From assembly GCA_035221665.1 (NCBI GenBank), contig JAVHYY010000119.1, positions 62,001-126,000 on the forward strand: a DNA stretch of 64,000 nucleotides, read 5' to 3'. Positions 1-11,334 of the stretch are shown piece by piece. The DNA is from Okamejei kenojei (lineage: Eukaryota). Each line of letters opens with the position of its first letter. The first letter of the stretch is position 1. Both the position numbers and the translations under genes were made by a program. The notes below the pieces were generated by a model. The model saw only the letters and a list, made by a program, of their open reading frames with translations, made no database searches and had not been told where the DNA came from.

Positions 1-61
1 CAGGAGGCTCTCCTGGAGTTTCCAAGAATGGAGATGGGGCAGCGATGGTTAAACCAGCCAA

Positions 62-270
62 CCTCGTCGCCAAATGTTGTATTCGAGGGCTAAATAACTC
101 ACAAACGACACTTGGTGTACAGAACCCGGTGTATTTATTTCAAGCCAACATGGCTGCTGCTAAATCCCTGCAGATCCCCCCGGGACCCTCGCTAAGGAAA
201 CATTCATTTCGAGACAGAGCCCTCTTAGTGTTTTCTATGGTGACTCATGGTATCAGGACACATACAAACA
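62..270 (-). mobile_element. Probable Gypsy-type LTR end with primer-binding site
   Basis: Minus strand reads TG...AATAAA...AATACAACA-TT-TGGCGACGAGG. This resembles an LTR ending in CA followed by a Gypsy-like PBS. No internal coding sequence is seen. Confidence 0.4.
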
Positions 271-1559
271 TCTCCCTCTCCCTCCTTACCCCCCCTCTCT
301 CCCTCCATCCCTCTCTCCCTCCCTCCCTCCCTCCCTCCCTCTCTCCCTCTTCCTATCTGCATGAAATACTCTTGGAGGAGACAGTCGACCGACAGATCTG
401 AAACCTGCAGAGGCTGCACCTCATTCAAAGTGTCACAGCATTTAATTAGAACCTGTTCAAGCTGATGATAGGAGAGGAGAGGAGAAAGGGGAGGAGAGGA
501 GAGGGGAGGAGGAGAGCAGAGGGCAGGAGAGGAGAGTGGAGGGGAGGAGGGGGGAGGAGAGGGGAGGGGAGGGGCGGAGAGGGGAGTGGAGTTTAGCTTA
601 GTATAGCTACTTACACACCTCCCCATCTCTGTAACCCTCCCCTCTCTCCAGCCTACACCCCTCACCCGTTTCTGTAACCCCTCCCCACTTACGTGTCTGG
701 GTTTGTGAAGTTAAAAGACCTTACACACTGCGAGAAATGTGTCGGACTCCATTGATATCCCTGTGTCTCTCCCATGTCCGTAAACGAGAATCAGCTCTCT
801 CATCCCTGATGTTGAAGCATATGTTTAGTTCAGATATACAGCGCAGAAACAGGCCCTTCGGCCCACCGACGTCCGTGCCGACCAGCGATCGCCCATTTCT
901 CACCACACTAAGTTCTTGAAACATGGAACAATAGACAATAGGTTGCAGGAAGTAGGCCATTCTGCCTTCCAGCCAGCACGGCCATTCACTGTGATCATGG
1001 CTGACCATCCAGAATCAGTAACCCCGTTCCTGCTTTCTCCCCATTTCCCTTGATTCCGTTAGCCATAAGAGCTAAGGACTCGAAGAGTCGAATAGCCTAC
1101 TACTGCACCTATTGTCTATTGTCTAAATCTAACTCTCTCTTGAAAAATCCAGTGAATCAGCCTCCACTGCCTTCTGTGGCAGAGATTTTCACAGATTTAC
1201 AACTCTCTGGGTGGGAAATGTTTTTCCTCGTCTCAGTCCTAAATGGCCGACCCCTTTCGTAAATGTCCGAGGAGCTGAATTAGGCCCTTCGGCCCATCAA
1301 GTCTACTCCACCATTCATTCACGGCTGATCTATCTCTCCCTCCTAACCCCATTCTCCTGCCTTCTCCCCATAATCCCTGACACCTGCACTAATCAACAAT
1401 CTATCCATCTCTGCCTTAGATATATCCAATTACTTGTGGCCTCCACTGCCGTCTGTGGCAAAGAATCCCACAGATTCACCACCCTCTGGCTAAATAAATT
1501 CCGTTCATCCCCTTCCCAAATTCTTTAATTCCCTTTAATTCTGAAGCTGTACCTCTGGT

Positions 1560-2290
1560 CCTACTCTCCAACTCCACCCCTCCTTTTCTCCCTTCTCTCT
1601 CCTACCCCCTCTCTCTCCGTTAAGCCCTCTTTCCCTCCCCTCCCTCCCACCCCTTCAAAACCCCACACACCCACCTCCCTCCCCTCACCTGCTCCCTGAT
1701 ATTTCTCTTCACCCTCTCCCCATTACCCCGCCCACTCTCCACTCTCTCCCTCCGAGAGAGAGAGAGGGAGGGAGAGGGGGGGAATGGGGGAGAGGGGGGG
1801 AAAAGGGGGGGGGAAAGGGGGGGAGAGGGGGGGAGAGGGGGGGAGAGGGGGGAGAAGAGGGGGGGAGAGAGCGGAGGGGGGAGGAGCGGAGGGATGGGAG
1901 AAGTGCGAGAGGAGGACGGAGGAGAGAGGATTGAGAAGGGGACAGGAGAGGAGGAGAGAGATTGAAGGGGGAGGAGAGGAGAAGAGAGGGAGGAGGAGAA
2001 GAGAGGGGGGGAGGAGGAGAGGAGAAGGAAATGGAGGGGTGGAGATGGGAAGGGAGGGGAGGGGATGAGAGTGGAGGGGATGAGAGGGGACGGGATGAGA
2101 GGGGAGGAGATGAGAGCAGGAGGGAGGGGAGGAGATGGGAGGGAGGGGAGGAGATGGGGAGGGGAGGAGGGAGGGGACAGCGAGGGGAGAAGGAGCGAGG
2201 GGAGGAGCGGAGGGAGGAGAGGGGGGAGTGAGAGGAGAGAGCGAAGAGAGAGTGGGTGTGAGAGGGGAGAGAGAAAGGGGGAGAGAGAGC
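1560..2290. repeat. Polypyrimidine/polypurine (GA/G-rich) low-complexity tract
   Basis: C/T-rich then G/A-rich simple sequence. The P/S/L- and G/E/R-rich ORFs here are artefacts of it. Confidence 0.9.
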
Positions 2291-2689
2291 GCTCATTATG
2301 GAAATGTTTTCAGGAGTGTGCTGTACGTGAGGGAGCAATAACAATTTAAGAGAGGAACTTCAAGGACAAAACACAAAGTGCTGGAATAACTCAGTCTCAG
2401 GCATGCACAAGTAATGACACATGCTTCTTTGATCCCAAACCCAATTTTTCCAGATTATGTCAAGTTTATTGTTGTATGCATGTACGATGTACATACAATG
2501 AAAGGTTACTTTGCAGAAGCATTCCAGGCTTAGAGACGGATTCACATGAAACATTAATTATACGGTAATTCTGTAAAACTGTTACGAGAGGACTACAACA
2601 CATCAGTCAAATCATGTTCTTATGAAAAGTCCACGGTAGAGCACGAGGAATCACGGTTGCATTAGGATTGCACAAATGGTTTAAAGAAT

Positions 2690-3640
2690 ATAGTTGCAGG
2701 TAAGTAGCAGATCCTGAACCTGGTGGTGTGGAACTTCAGGCTTCAGTATCTCCTACCTGATTTAGCAGCGAGACGAGAGAACGGCCCGGATGAATAGGAA
2801 CCTTGATGACCGATGCGGCCTTCTTGTGGTGGGTTCTCATGTAGATGCGATTGATGGTGGGAAGGAGCGTGCCTGTGGTGAACTGGGCCAGGCCCACCAC
2901 ACCATGCAGCCTCTTGCATTCCTGCGCATTGGATTGCCTTAGCAGGCCAATATGAAACTAGTCAGGATACTTTCCACAGTACATCTTTACAAGTTTGTTA
3001 AGAGTTCAGCTAGAGGTTATTGTTGCAGCACCACTCAACCAGAGTCTTCCTCTCTGTAGTATCCTGTTGAAAAGGAAGGTACAGAGAACCAGGTATTGGA
3101 ACTTACTGGTAATTTGGAGGGGATGATAGTGTTGAATGCCGAGCCGCAATTGATGAATAGCTGCCTGACATGTATTCTAGATCGTCTAGAGCAGAGTGCA
3201 GAACCAGTGAGATAGTATTTACGGTTGACCAGCTGCGACAGTTAGCAAACTGAAGTGGATCCAAGTCATTTGTGAGGCAAGAGTTGATTTGCACCCGAAC
3301 CAACCTCTGTAGGCACTTTATTACTGTGAATCTAAGTGCCACCAGATGGTAGTCAGTGAGGGAGATCACAGTGGTCGTCTTAAACATGGGAACAATAGAT
3401 TCACTGTTGGAGCAGGATTGAACCTTGACCACAGATGTAAGAGGTTGAGGATATTCTTAAATCCTCAAAGTAGTTACTCGACACAGGATTTTAGTACTGA
3501 GCCATGAACACTATCTGGACTGGGTGCTTGATGTGAACTCATCTTCTTGAAGGAAGATCTGACATTGACTTCAGAGACCGAGATCACAAGGTCATCATAG
3601 CTGTGAGTGTTCAGGAAGGAGCCAATAGAAGTTATGTTAT
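2690..3640 (-). mobile_element. Decayed Rex1/Babar-like LINE reverse transcriptase fragment
   Basis: Minus frames give SEVNVRSSFKKMSSHQAPSPDSVHGSVLKSC and LDPLQFANCRSWSTVNTISLVLHSAL, which match the Rex1-type RT region. Frameshifted. Confidence 0.75.
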
Positions 3641-3676
3641 CAAGGAACAGGAATGTGCAATAGCCTAGACATATTG

Positions 3677-3687
3677 TCAAAGTATAC
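3677..3687 (-). CDS. Candidate terminal mini-exon (G-I-L-stop) of the left KRAB gene
   Basis: ttcactccacag|GT ATA CTT TGA lies 140 nt after the KRAB donor and is phase-compatible. The right arm has GGT ATA TTT TGA at the homologous site. Confidence 0.3.
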
Positions 3688-3827
3688 CTGTGGAGTGAAA
3701 TAGAAGGATCTAACCAACGACTTGGTCTCAGAAAGCACATATCTATTTAGTTTTCATATGGGGAAATCTCATGTCAGCATGCACCAATAGAAAAGGGAAC
3801 ATAAGGGACATAACATATTGTACAAAC

Positions 3828-3951
3828 CAATGGCAAGTATGGCTTCATAATCCCACTTCATGTTCTTATAACGGAGCTTCTCCCAGTCAGTTATTTCTTC
3901 AAACTCTTCCTTTGAAAAATAGTCAGCAATGTATTTGAAATGGTCAGCATC
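3828..3951 (-). CDS. PRDM9-type (ancestral) KRAB exon, left arm of the inverted duplication
   Basis: ttttccag|GAT...ATTG|gtttgt, 124 nt, phase 0/1. Encodes DADHFKYIADYFSKEEFEEITDWEKLRYKNMKWDYEAILAIG, closely resembling the PRDM9/SSX KRAB ([41 protein letters not shown], recalled). No SET or zinc-finger exons are seen in the window. Confidence 0.85.
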
Positions 3952-4805
3952 CTGGAAAAACAAACATTGTATCTAATACACTTTGGTGCATAATCTGTAA
4001 TCATTAGTTATTAATTCCAAAACTGATTTTAAAATGTCATTTATTTATTTCATATAGGACAATTCCAGGATATTGAATCACAAATTAAAATTAACAGGTA
4101 ACTTCTTCACGATAGAAATGAGGTATTTCTTCACTCAGAATATAGTGACTTTTTTTTCTAGGGTTTCGAAAGAAATCAGTTGTTAATTGCTTTCCAGATC
4201 AAAATATTATTGATTCAAAGATGTAATAAACCATATCAAAGAAGTAATAAACCATGAGTGGAAACGGCACTTAGGGTGAAGGTCAGGAGTGATCTGCCCT
4301 GAAAGGTCCAGACCCAAAATGTTGCCTGTCATGATTCAAGATTGCAGCTTCCAGCTAACAGACATCAGTGTCTACATTTCTGGCAATGAAGACAGTGACT
4401 AACATGGGCTTCCCCCACACTAAAGTGAGGACCAGCACCCAATGGCTGCTGCAAAAAAAAACTATTGTAAAAAATAAATTGTTGGTGGTAATCAGCAAGC
4501 CAGGCAGCATCTGTGGAGGTAGAAACTGGGTGAATGTTTCAAGTTAATATTCTTTCCTCACAGCTGGGGAAGTTGCCAGATGGAGACAGACAACTAGAAG
4601 GATGAGGGAGATGGTCTGAAGGCCTCCCAGATCAATATTAATGTCAGTGATCCACTCCAGAGCTCATGGAACTCATCCACTCCTCACTGACACCAATTCC
4701 TGGGGCTATGATGGTCTGAGAAGGAGCAGCAGCATCTTCCCCGTTCCCAGGCCCCTGAGAGGACATTTATCCGGCATCTTCTGCCCGGTCTCCCTGGAGT
4801 CTCAC

Positions 4806-4829
4806 CTCTGGGCCCTGCGTCCCAGACAT
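4806..4829 (-). CDS. Candidate first coding exon of the left KRAB gene (MSGTQGPE)
   Basis: gagaccATGTCTGGGACGCAGGGCCCAGAG|gtgaga. Reasonable Kozak context, and the phase-0 donor is compatible with the KRAB exon acceptor at 3951. Confidence 0.5.
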
Positions 4830-4879
4830 GGTCTCATCTCCTTCAGCAGCTTCTCGGTCTCCCTTCCTGAGCTCAGGCA

Positions 4880-5705
4880 CCCACCTCCTCACCTCACCTC
4901 CGCTCACTTCTCCTCACCTACACCTCGACTAAACCCCTCGCCTCAATTAAACCCCTCGCCTCAACCAAACCTCACACCTCACTATTAAAGGTAGACAAAT
5001 ATGCTGGAGAAACTCAGCGGGTGAGGCAGCATCAATGGAGCGAAGGAATAGTCTTCAGTCTGAAGAGGGGTCTTGACCTGAAACGTCACCTATTCCTTCG
5101 CTCCATAGAATCTGCCTCACCCGCTGAGTATCCCCAGCATTTTTATCTACCTTCAATTTTTCCAGCTTCTGCAGTTCTTTCTTAAACCTCACGTCGAATA
5201 AACTTCACCTCACACCTAACCCTCAACTCACTAAACCTCGCCTCGACTAAACTTCACCTCAACTAAACCTCACACCTCTAATAAATCGTCACCTCAACCA
5301 AAGTTCACCTCAGCTAAAGCTCAACTGAACGAAATTCACACCTCACTAAATCTTGCTTTGATTAAACCCCTCGCTTCAACTAAACATTACGTCTACTAAA
5401 GTTCTCCTCGACTAAACCTCACACCTCACTACTAAACTACTCCTCACACTTAAACCTCGCTTCGACTAAACCCCTCGCCTCGAACCTCAGCCCAACTAAA
5501 CCTCACCTCATCTAAACCTCAACTAATCCTCACCTCAGCTAATCCTCACCTCAACTAATCCTCACCTCAACTAATCCTCACCTCAGCTAATCCTCACCTC
5601 AACTAAACCTCAACTAATCCTCACCTCAACTAAACCTAAACCTCACCTCAGCTAATCCTCACCTCAACTAAACCTCAGCTAATCCTCACCTCAACTAAAC
5701 CTAAA
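4880..5705 (-). repeat. Degenerate CCTCA/ACTAAA-based repeat tract (left arm), interrupted by a Penelope-derived palindromic insert at about 4989-5184
   Basis: Runs of cctcaactaaacctca. It is the reverse complement of 6150-6495. Confidence 0.85.
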
Positions 5706-6152
5706 CGTCACCTCAATAAACTCCACCTCGCGACTAGACTATTTATAGCCCTCCCCCCCCCCCCCCCCCCCGACCAACGGGAGGGGGCAACGGGGAGAGC
5801 GGCGCAAGCGCAGGCGGCAGGGGGGGAGGGGCTGCGGCCGCCGCGGGCGGGAGGGGGCCTCGGGCTAGACGTCAATGTCGACGGACGGGCGTGCGACCCC
5901 CCCCCCCCCCGGCTCTCTCGGGCAGTGCGCCTGCGCCGCTCTCCGTGTCCCCCCCCCCCCCCCCCCCCCGCGCGAGGATGGCGGGAAACTCGCGACGGCT
6001 TTTGGCGCCTTTTCCCGCCGAGGGCCGGAGTTGTCCACGTGACCCGCGCTCTGGGTGGAGCCGCTCCGCTCACGTGAGGCGCCGCCAACGGCCGGGGGGA
6101 GGGGCTATAAATAGTCTAGTCGCGAGGTGGAGTTTATTGACGTGACGTTTAG
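5701..6152. promoter_or_regulatory. Bidirectional CpG-island promoter with inverted TATA cassettes
   Basis: About 50-bp near-perfect inverted repeats GGCTATAAATAGTCTAGTCGCGAGGTGGAGTTTATTGA(g/c)GTGACGTTTAGG, with TATA at 5740-5747 (-) and 6106-6113 (+). They flank a CpG-rich spacer with CAACGG x3, GGCGGGA/TTTCCCGCC, CACGTG x2 and TGCGCCTGCGC. Confidence 0.7.
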
Positions 6153-6495
6153 GTTCAGTTGGGCTGAGGGTCAAGGCGCGGGGTTTAGTTGAAGCGAGGT
6201 TTAGGTGTGAGGAGTAGTTTAGTAGTGAGGTGTGAGGTTTAGTCGAGTTGAAGTTTAGTAGACGTGAGGTTTAGTTGAAGCGAGGGGTTTAATCGAAGCA
6301 AGGTTTAGTGAGGTGAATTTAGCTGAATTGAGGTGTAGCTGAGGTGAAGTTTGGTCGAGGTGATTGAGGGGTTTAGTTGAGGTGAGGTAAAGTTTAGTCC
6401 AGGCGATGGCATAGTCGAGGTGTGAGGTTTAGTTGAGGCGAGGGGTTTAATTGAGGTGAGGGTTTAGTCGAGGTGTAGGTGAGGAGAAGTGAGCG
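6150..6495 (+). repeat. TGAGG/TTTAGT-based G-rich repeat tract (right arm)
   Basis: Inverted homolog of 4900-5500. Confidence 0.85.
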
Positions 6496-7689
6496 TCAGT
6501 GTGGGGGAAGCCCATGATAGTCTTCACCAAAGATTATAGAGGAGCAAGATGCGCCACTCAGCGAAAAAGACATATAAAAAGTACAAATAAAAGATAATAA
6601 AACATGTGTGATAGTTGACGACATGTTAACGGACTGCCTCGACCAAAGATGGCATCGACTATGGCGTCTACATCATTAGGAAACTAGGCTCCTCTATAAT
6701 CTTTGTCTCTCGATCTCCCTCTGTGTAATCTGCTCCAAAGCTACAGAGCAGTTGCAAGCAAAGATTATAGAGGAGCAAGATGCATTAGAAAGTTATTATA
6801 TGTATTTGTAATAGATCTTTACTTACCTCTCAATCTCGATCTCTCTCTCCACCTCCCCCTCTCTCTCCCTCTCTCTCCCCTCTTCTCTCGATCCCTCTCT
6901 ATCTCTCTCTCCCCTCTCTTCTCTCGATCGCTCTCTCTCTCGCCTCTCTTCTATCGATCTTCTCCATCTCTCTCTCTCCCCTCCCGATCGCTCTCTCTCC
7001 CCTCTCTTCTCTCAATCTCTTTCTCTCCCCTCAATCTCTCTCTCCCCTCTCGATCTCTTTCTCTCCCCTCTCGATATCGCTCTATCCCCTCTCTTTCGAT
7101 CTCTCTCCCCTCTTGACCTCTCTCACTCTCCCCTCTCCTCTCGATCTCTCATCACGATCTCTCTCTCCCCTCTCTATTTTTCTCTCTCTCTCCTCTCTTC
7201 TGTCGATTCCCCTCTCTCCCACCCCCTCTCTCCTCTCTCCCTCCCTCCCCTCTCTTTCTCCCTCTCTCTCTCCTTCCCTCTCTCTCTCCCTCTTTCCCCC
7301 TCTCTCCCCCTCCGTCCCTCTCTCCCTCCCTTCCCTCTGCGTGAGAGTTGGCAGCCCTGCTATGCCTTAGGTCCAAAAGAGGATAGAAATAAATTACTTA
7401 ATGGTCTTTGTAAGAAGATTTTAATAAGCTCTTCTATCTTTCCCATCTAATAAACACAGCAATACATAACACACAGCAATACAAAGACATGAACTTGTGC
7501 TGCAATAGAGTCAATGTTAGAATTGTAGCAATCTTTGTGAGTATCCACATGCACTATGGACTCAAATTCAAGAATAGAAAAATGCATAACATGACTTTTA
7601 AAAGGAAATGTAAAAAACTTCAAAAAGTGGAACATAAGTAAAGTGCATAATTTTCAAAATTTATTTATTTGAAGTAATACTATTCAAGA

Positions 7690-8400
7690 TCAAATCCAAG
7701 TGAGTTTATTGTCACGTGTCCCTGATGGTACAATGACATTCTTGACTTTGTTTCAGCACAACAGAACATAGTAGGCATTGACTACAGAACAGATCAGTGT
7801 GTCCATATACCATTATATAAATATATACACACATGAATAAATAAATTGATAAAGTACAAATAAAAGATAATGGGCTATTAATGTTCAGAGTTTGGTCCGA
7901 GCCATGTTTAATAGCCTGATGGCTATTGGGAAGTTGCTATTCCTGTACCTGGTCGTTGCAGTCTTTGGGCTCCTGTACATTCTACCTGAAGGTAGCAGGG
8001 AGATGAGTGTGTGGCCAGGATGGTGTGGGTCCTTGATGATACTGCCAGCCTTTTTGAGGCAGCGACTGTGATAGATCCCCTCGATGGAAGGAAGGTCAGA
8101 GCCGATGATGGACTGGGCAGCGTTAACTACTTTTTGCAGTCTTTTCCTCTTCTGGGCGCTCAAGTTACCGAACCAAGCCACGATGCAACCGGTCAGCATG
8201 CTCTCTACTGTGCACCTGTAGAAGTTAGAGTCCTCCTTGATAAACCGACTCCGTAATCTTATCAGGAAGTAGAGGCGCTGATGTGCTTTCTTAATATTTG
8301 CATCCGTGTTCTCGGACCAGGAAAGATCTTCAGAGATGTGCATGCCCACGAATTTGAAGCTCTTGACCCTTTCAACCATCGACCCGTTGATATAAACGGG
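7690..8400 (-). mobile_element. Rex1/L2-group LINE 3' fragment
   Basis: ORF 7885-8379 VERVKSFKFVGMHISEDLSW...KKAHQRLYFL...FYRCTVESMLTGCIVAWFG...IIKDPHHPGH, followed by a 3' UTR with AATAAA. Confidence 0.85.
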
Positions 8401-9026
8401 ACTTTTGCTTCAGCAGCAGCAGCCTCTACAGGAGGCTTTAAACGTTTGAGTGAGTCTGTGTGTGTGTGAGAGTCAGTGTGTGTGAGTATGTGTGTGTGCG
8501 AGTCTCTGTGTGTGGATCTGTGTGTGTGTGTGTGTATATATGCGTGCTTATATAAAAGCGTGCTTCATTGAATGATGACTTCTGAGATATATTATCAGAT
8601 TATCTTGGTTAAAATTTGACCGCGGCAAAGCGACATAAAGACACTGGGCAGCAACAAGAGACACAACAAGAAATAAATCAATAATTCTCATCTTTGACAT
8701 TTAAATTGTTCTTATATTTTAAGAGTTATTCACATTTTAAACTTTAATAAATCCTTTATCCACTTTTCATGCCTGTGTGTTCTTCATCACAATGGGAACC
8801 TAATGGGCAGGAATGGATACTCTGGGAGAGCCACTAAGAGCAAAGATCCTATAGCGGAGCAAGATGGACCACTCCTGCGAAAAACACAGAGTACGGTTTT
8901 TTATCACCTCAGTCCTAAATGACCTCCCCCTTATTCTAACACTGTGGCCCCTGGTTCTAGATTCTGGAAAAGTGGGATAACATTAGCTATCCTCCAATCC
9001 ACAGGAACTGATCCTAAATCTATTGA

Positions 9027-9279
9027 NNNNNNNNNNNNNNNNNNNNNNNNNNNNNNNNNNNNNNNNNNNNNNNNNNNNNNNNNNNNNNNNNNNNNNNNNN
9101 NNNNNNNNNNNNNNNNNNNNNNNNNNNNNNNNNNNNNNNNNNNNNNNNNNNNNNNNNNNNNNNNNNNNNNNNNNNNNNNNNNNNNNNNNNNNNNNNNNNN
9201 NNNNNNNNNNNNNNNNNNNNNNNNNNNNNNNNNNNNNNNNNNNNNNNNNNNNNNNNNNNNNNNNNNNNNNNNNNNNNNN
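9027..9279. other. Assembly gap
   Basis: N run. Confidence 1.
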
Positions 9280-10269
9280 TCATCTGACAAATAAGATAGA
9301 GAGCAATAGTGACGCTTTAAATCAAAGTTTCTTCTGATCCATGAAAAGGAAATGTATTTATCTCTCAAGGGCCTGGCCCACCATATATTTATATGAATGT
9401 GTGTTTTGTGTGCTCTGTAGTTTTGTGCAGTGTGTGTGGAAGCAATATAAGGGAAGCTGCACAATACAATGCAAGGGAAACTACGCAAAGGTGGGGCTGG
9501 GGAGGAAAGATGGGAGGGAAATGGTGGAACAGGGGGAAGAGGGAGAGAGGGAGAGAGAGGGAAGTTGGGAGAGAGAGAGAGGGAAGTTGGTAGAGAGAGA
9601 GGGAAGGAGGGAGAGAGAGAGGGAAGGAGGGAGAGAGAGAGGGAAGGGAAAGAGAGAGAGGGGGAAGGGAAGGAGGGAGAGAGGGAAAGGAGGGAGAGAG
9701 GGAAGGGAGGGAGAGGGAAGGGGGGAGAGAGTGAGAGAAGAGAGGGGAGAGAGAGAGAGATCGAGAGGGGAGAGAGAGAGATCGAGAGGGGATAGAACGA
9801 GATCGAGAGAAGAGAGTGGAGAGAGAGATAGAGAAGATAGGGGAGGGGCAGAGCTCGAGATCGAGAGGTAAGTAAAGATCTATTACAAATAAATCTAATA
9901 ACTTTCTAATGCATCTTGCTCCTGTATAATTGTTGCTTGCAACTAACTGCTCTGTAGCTATGGAGCGGATTACACGGCGAGAGGCATCCGCCAAAATGGC
10001 GGCCGTGACGTACTGTTACGTATTACACACCAGTCCATTGGATTTCGGAGGAGTGGTCTATCTTGCTCCTCTAGTATCTTTGGTCTTCACTGTCTTCATT
10101 GCCAGAAATGTAGACACTGATGTCTGTTTGTTAGTAGCTGGAATTGTGAATTTCAACAGGCAATATTTTGGGTCTGGACTTTTCAGGCAGATTGCACTTG
10201 ACCTGCACCCTAAATGCAGTCTCCTCTCCTATTATCATGTGGTTTATTACTTGAAAATAATAATGTGTT

Positions 10270-10945
10270 GATTAGTGTGTTCTCTGGTCTGTTTTATGTG
10301 GGCGAGGGGGTCGGGGGAAACATTTTTTCAATCTCTCAACTTGCCGGAGATGCGATTGTTTTCCGGATGGTATTTCCTGTTGCTCTGAGCCCTAACATCG
10401 TGGAGCTGTGGCCCTTCCTCGGGACTGACTTTGAGCCCCACCGCGTGGATGTGGATGAGGACTTGCCATTGGAGCCTGTGATCCCTTGCCTGGGATCGAC
10501 GCTCCAACCGCAGCATGCACATTTCAGCATCGGCAGTCAGGTAGAGACCAATGTCGGGAAGCTCCAAACGTTGCAGACGTTTTTGACCAGCCCTGACCTG
10601 GGGTCCAATCGCCGACGCAGGGCAGCTGAAATTCACCCCCCCCCCCCCCCCCGATGAAGGAGCTTGATCGCCCCAAAGCGGAGGGCCCGGCCGCCGGCTA
10701 AGGGGGCCAAGACCGCCCTGACAATGGAAGGCTCGAGGCCCCAGACCTCGGGAGAACAAAGAAGGGAAGAGATTGAACTTTTTTTCGCCTTCCATCACAG
10801 TGAGGAATCACTGTAGTGGATGTTTATGTTAAAATGTATCTTGTGTGTTCTGCTTTTTATTGGTATGACTGTATGGCAAATGAAATTCCTCGTCTGTTAC
10901 AAAACATACTTGGGTATTAAAGTTTGATTATGATGATTATGATTT
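10270..10945 (+). mobile_element. GC-rich non-autonomous LINE-derived element
   Basis: Shares the 3' region (TTTTCGCCTTCCA-CACAGTGAGGA...GTGGATGTTTATGTTAA...TATGACTG) with 17831-18683 (-) and 39390-39630. Ends in a (GATTAT)n-like tail. Confidence 0.55.
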
Positions 10946-11047
10946 TGCTGGAATGTAATTAACAACTGATCACCAACCCTTGACTGGATTTGTATTGCGT
11001 AAAACAAACAATACATTTAAAAAAATGTGTTTTGTTTATATTTCCAG

Positions 11048-11169
11048 GATGCTGACCATTTCAAAGACATTGCTGGCTATTTTTCCAAGGAAGTTTGAAG
11101 AAATAAGTGACTGGGAGACGCTCCGTTATAAGAACATGATGCGGAATTATGAAGCCGTGCTTGCTATTG
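11048..11169 (+). pseudogene. PRDM9-type KRAB exon, right arm, frameshifted
   Basis: tttccag|GAT...ATTG|gtttgt, 122 nt. By manual alignment it has 11 substitutions and a 2-nt deletion (AAGGAAG--TTTGAA) relative to 3828-3951. The ATG-exon region is absent from this arm. Confidence 0.85.
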
Positions 11170-11334
11170 GTTTGTAGAAAATATTACTTGCCTATTTTCT
11201 TTCCTTTTTGCCATTTTCGAATGATGCATGCTGACATGAGTTTTTTCCCCACATGAAATCTAAATAGATATGTGCTTTCTGAGAGCACGTCCTTGGTTAG
11301 ATCCTTCCACCTTCCATTTCACTCCTCTGGTATA

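Larger units (their letters stand above)
6528..10082. mobile_element. Non-autonomous DNA transposon with 8-bp TSD and CAAAG termini (P-superfamily-like; hAT not excluded), composite
   Basis: TIRs are CAAAGATTATAGAGGAGCAAGAT and ATCTTGCTCCTCTAGTATCTTTG. TSD GTCTTCAC sits at 6520-6527 and 10083-10090. The empty site is visible in the left arm near 4390-4410. Extra TIR-like copies occur near 6690, 6760, 8841 and 9915. Confidence 0.8.

Noticed and set aside
225-2349. Multiple long ORFs rich in P/S/L or G/E/R
   Set aside because: They are translations of polypurine/polypyrimidine simple repeats. The same applies to 6703-7376, 9341-9994, 38511-39171 and 55390-55760.
3828-3951. Calling this locus PRDM9 itself
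   Set aside because: No SSXRD, PR/SET or zinc-finger exons are visible in the window, so the gene symbol is withheld.
5708-6145. Two opposite ORFs both ending GGGAINSLVARWSLL
   Set aside because: They are a by-product of the inverted TATA cassettes in GC-rich DNA and show no protein features.
8931-9488. ORFs spanning N runs (also at 34.0-34.6 kb and 43.9-44.7 kb)
   Set aside because: They are artefacts of the assembly gaps.
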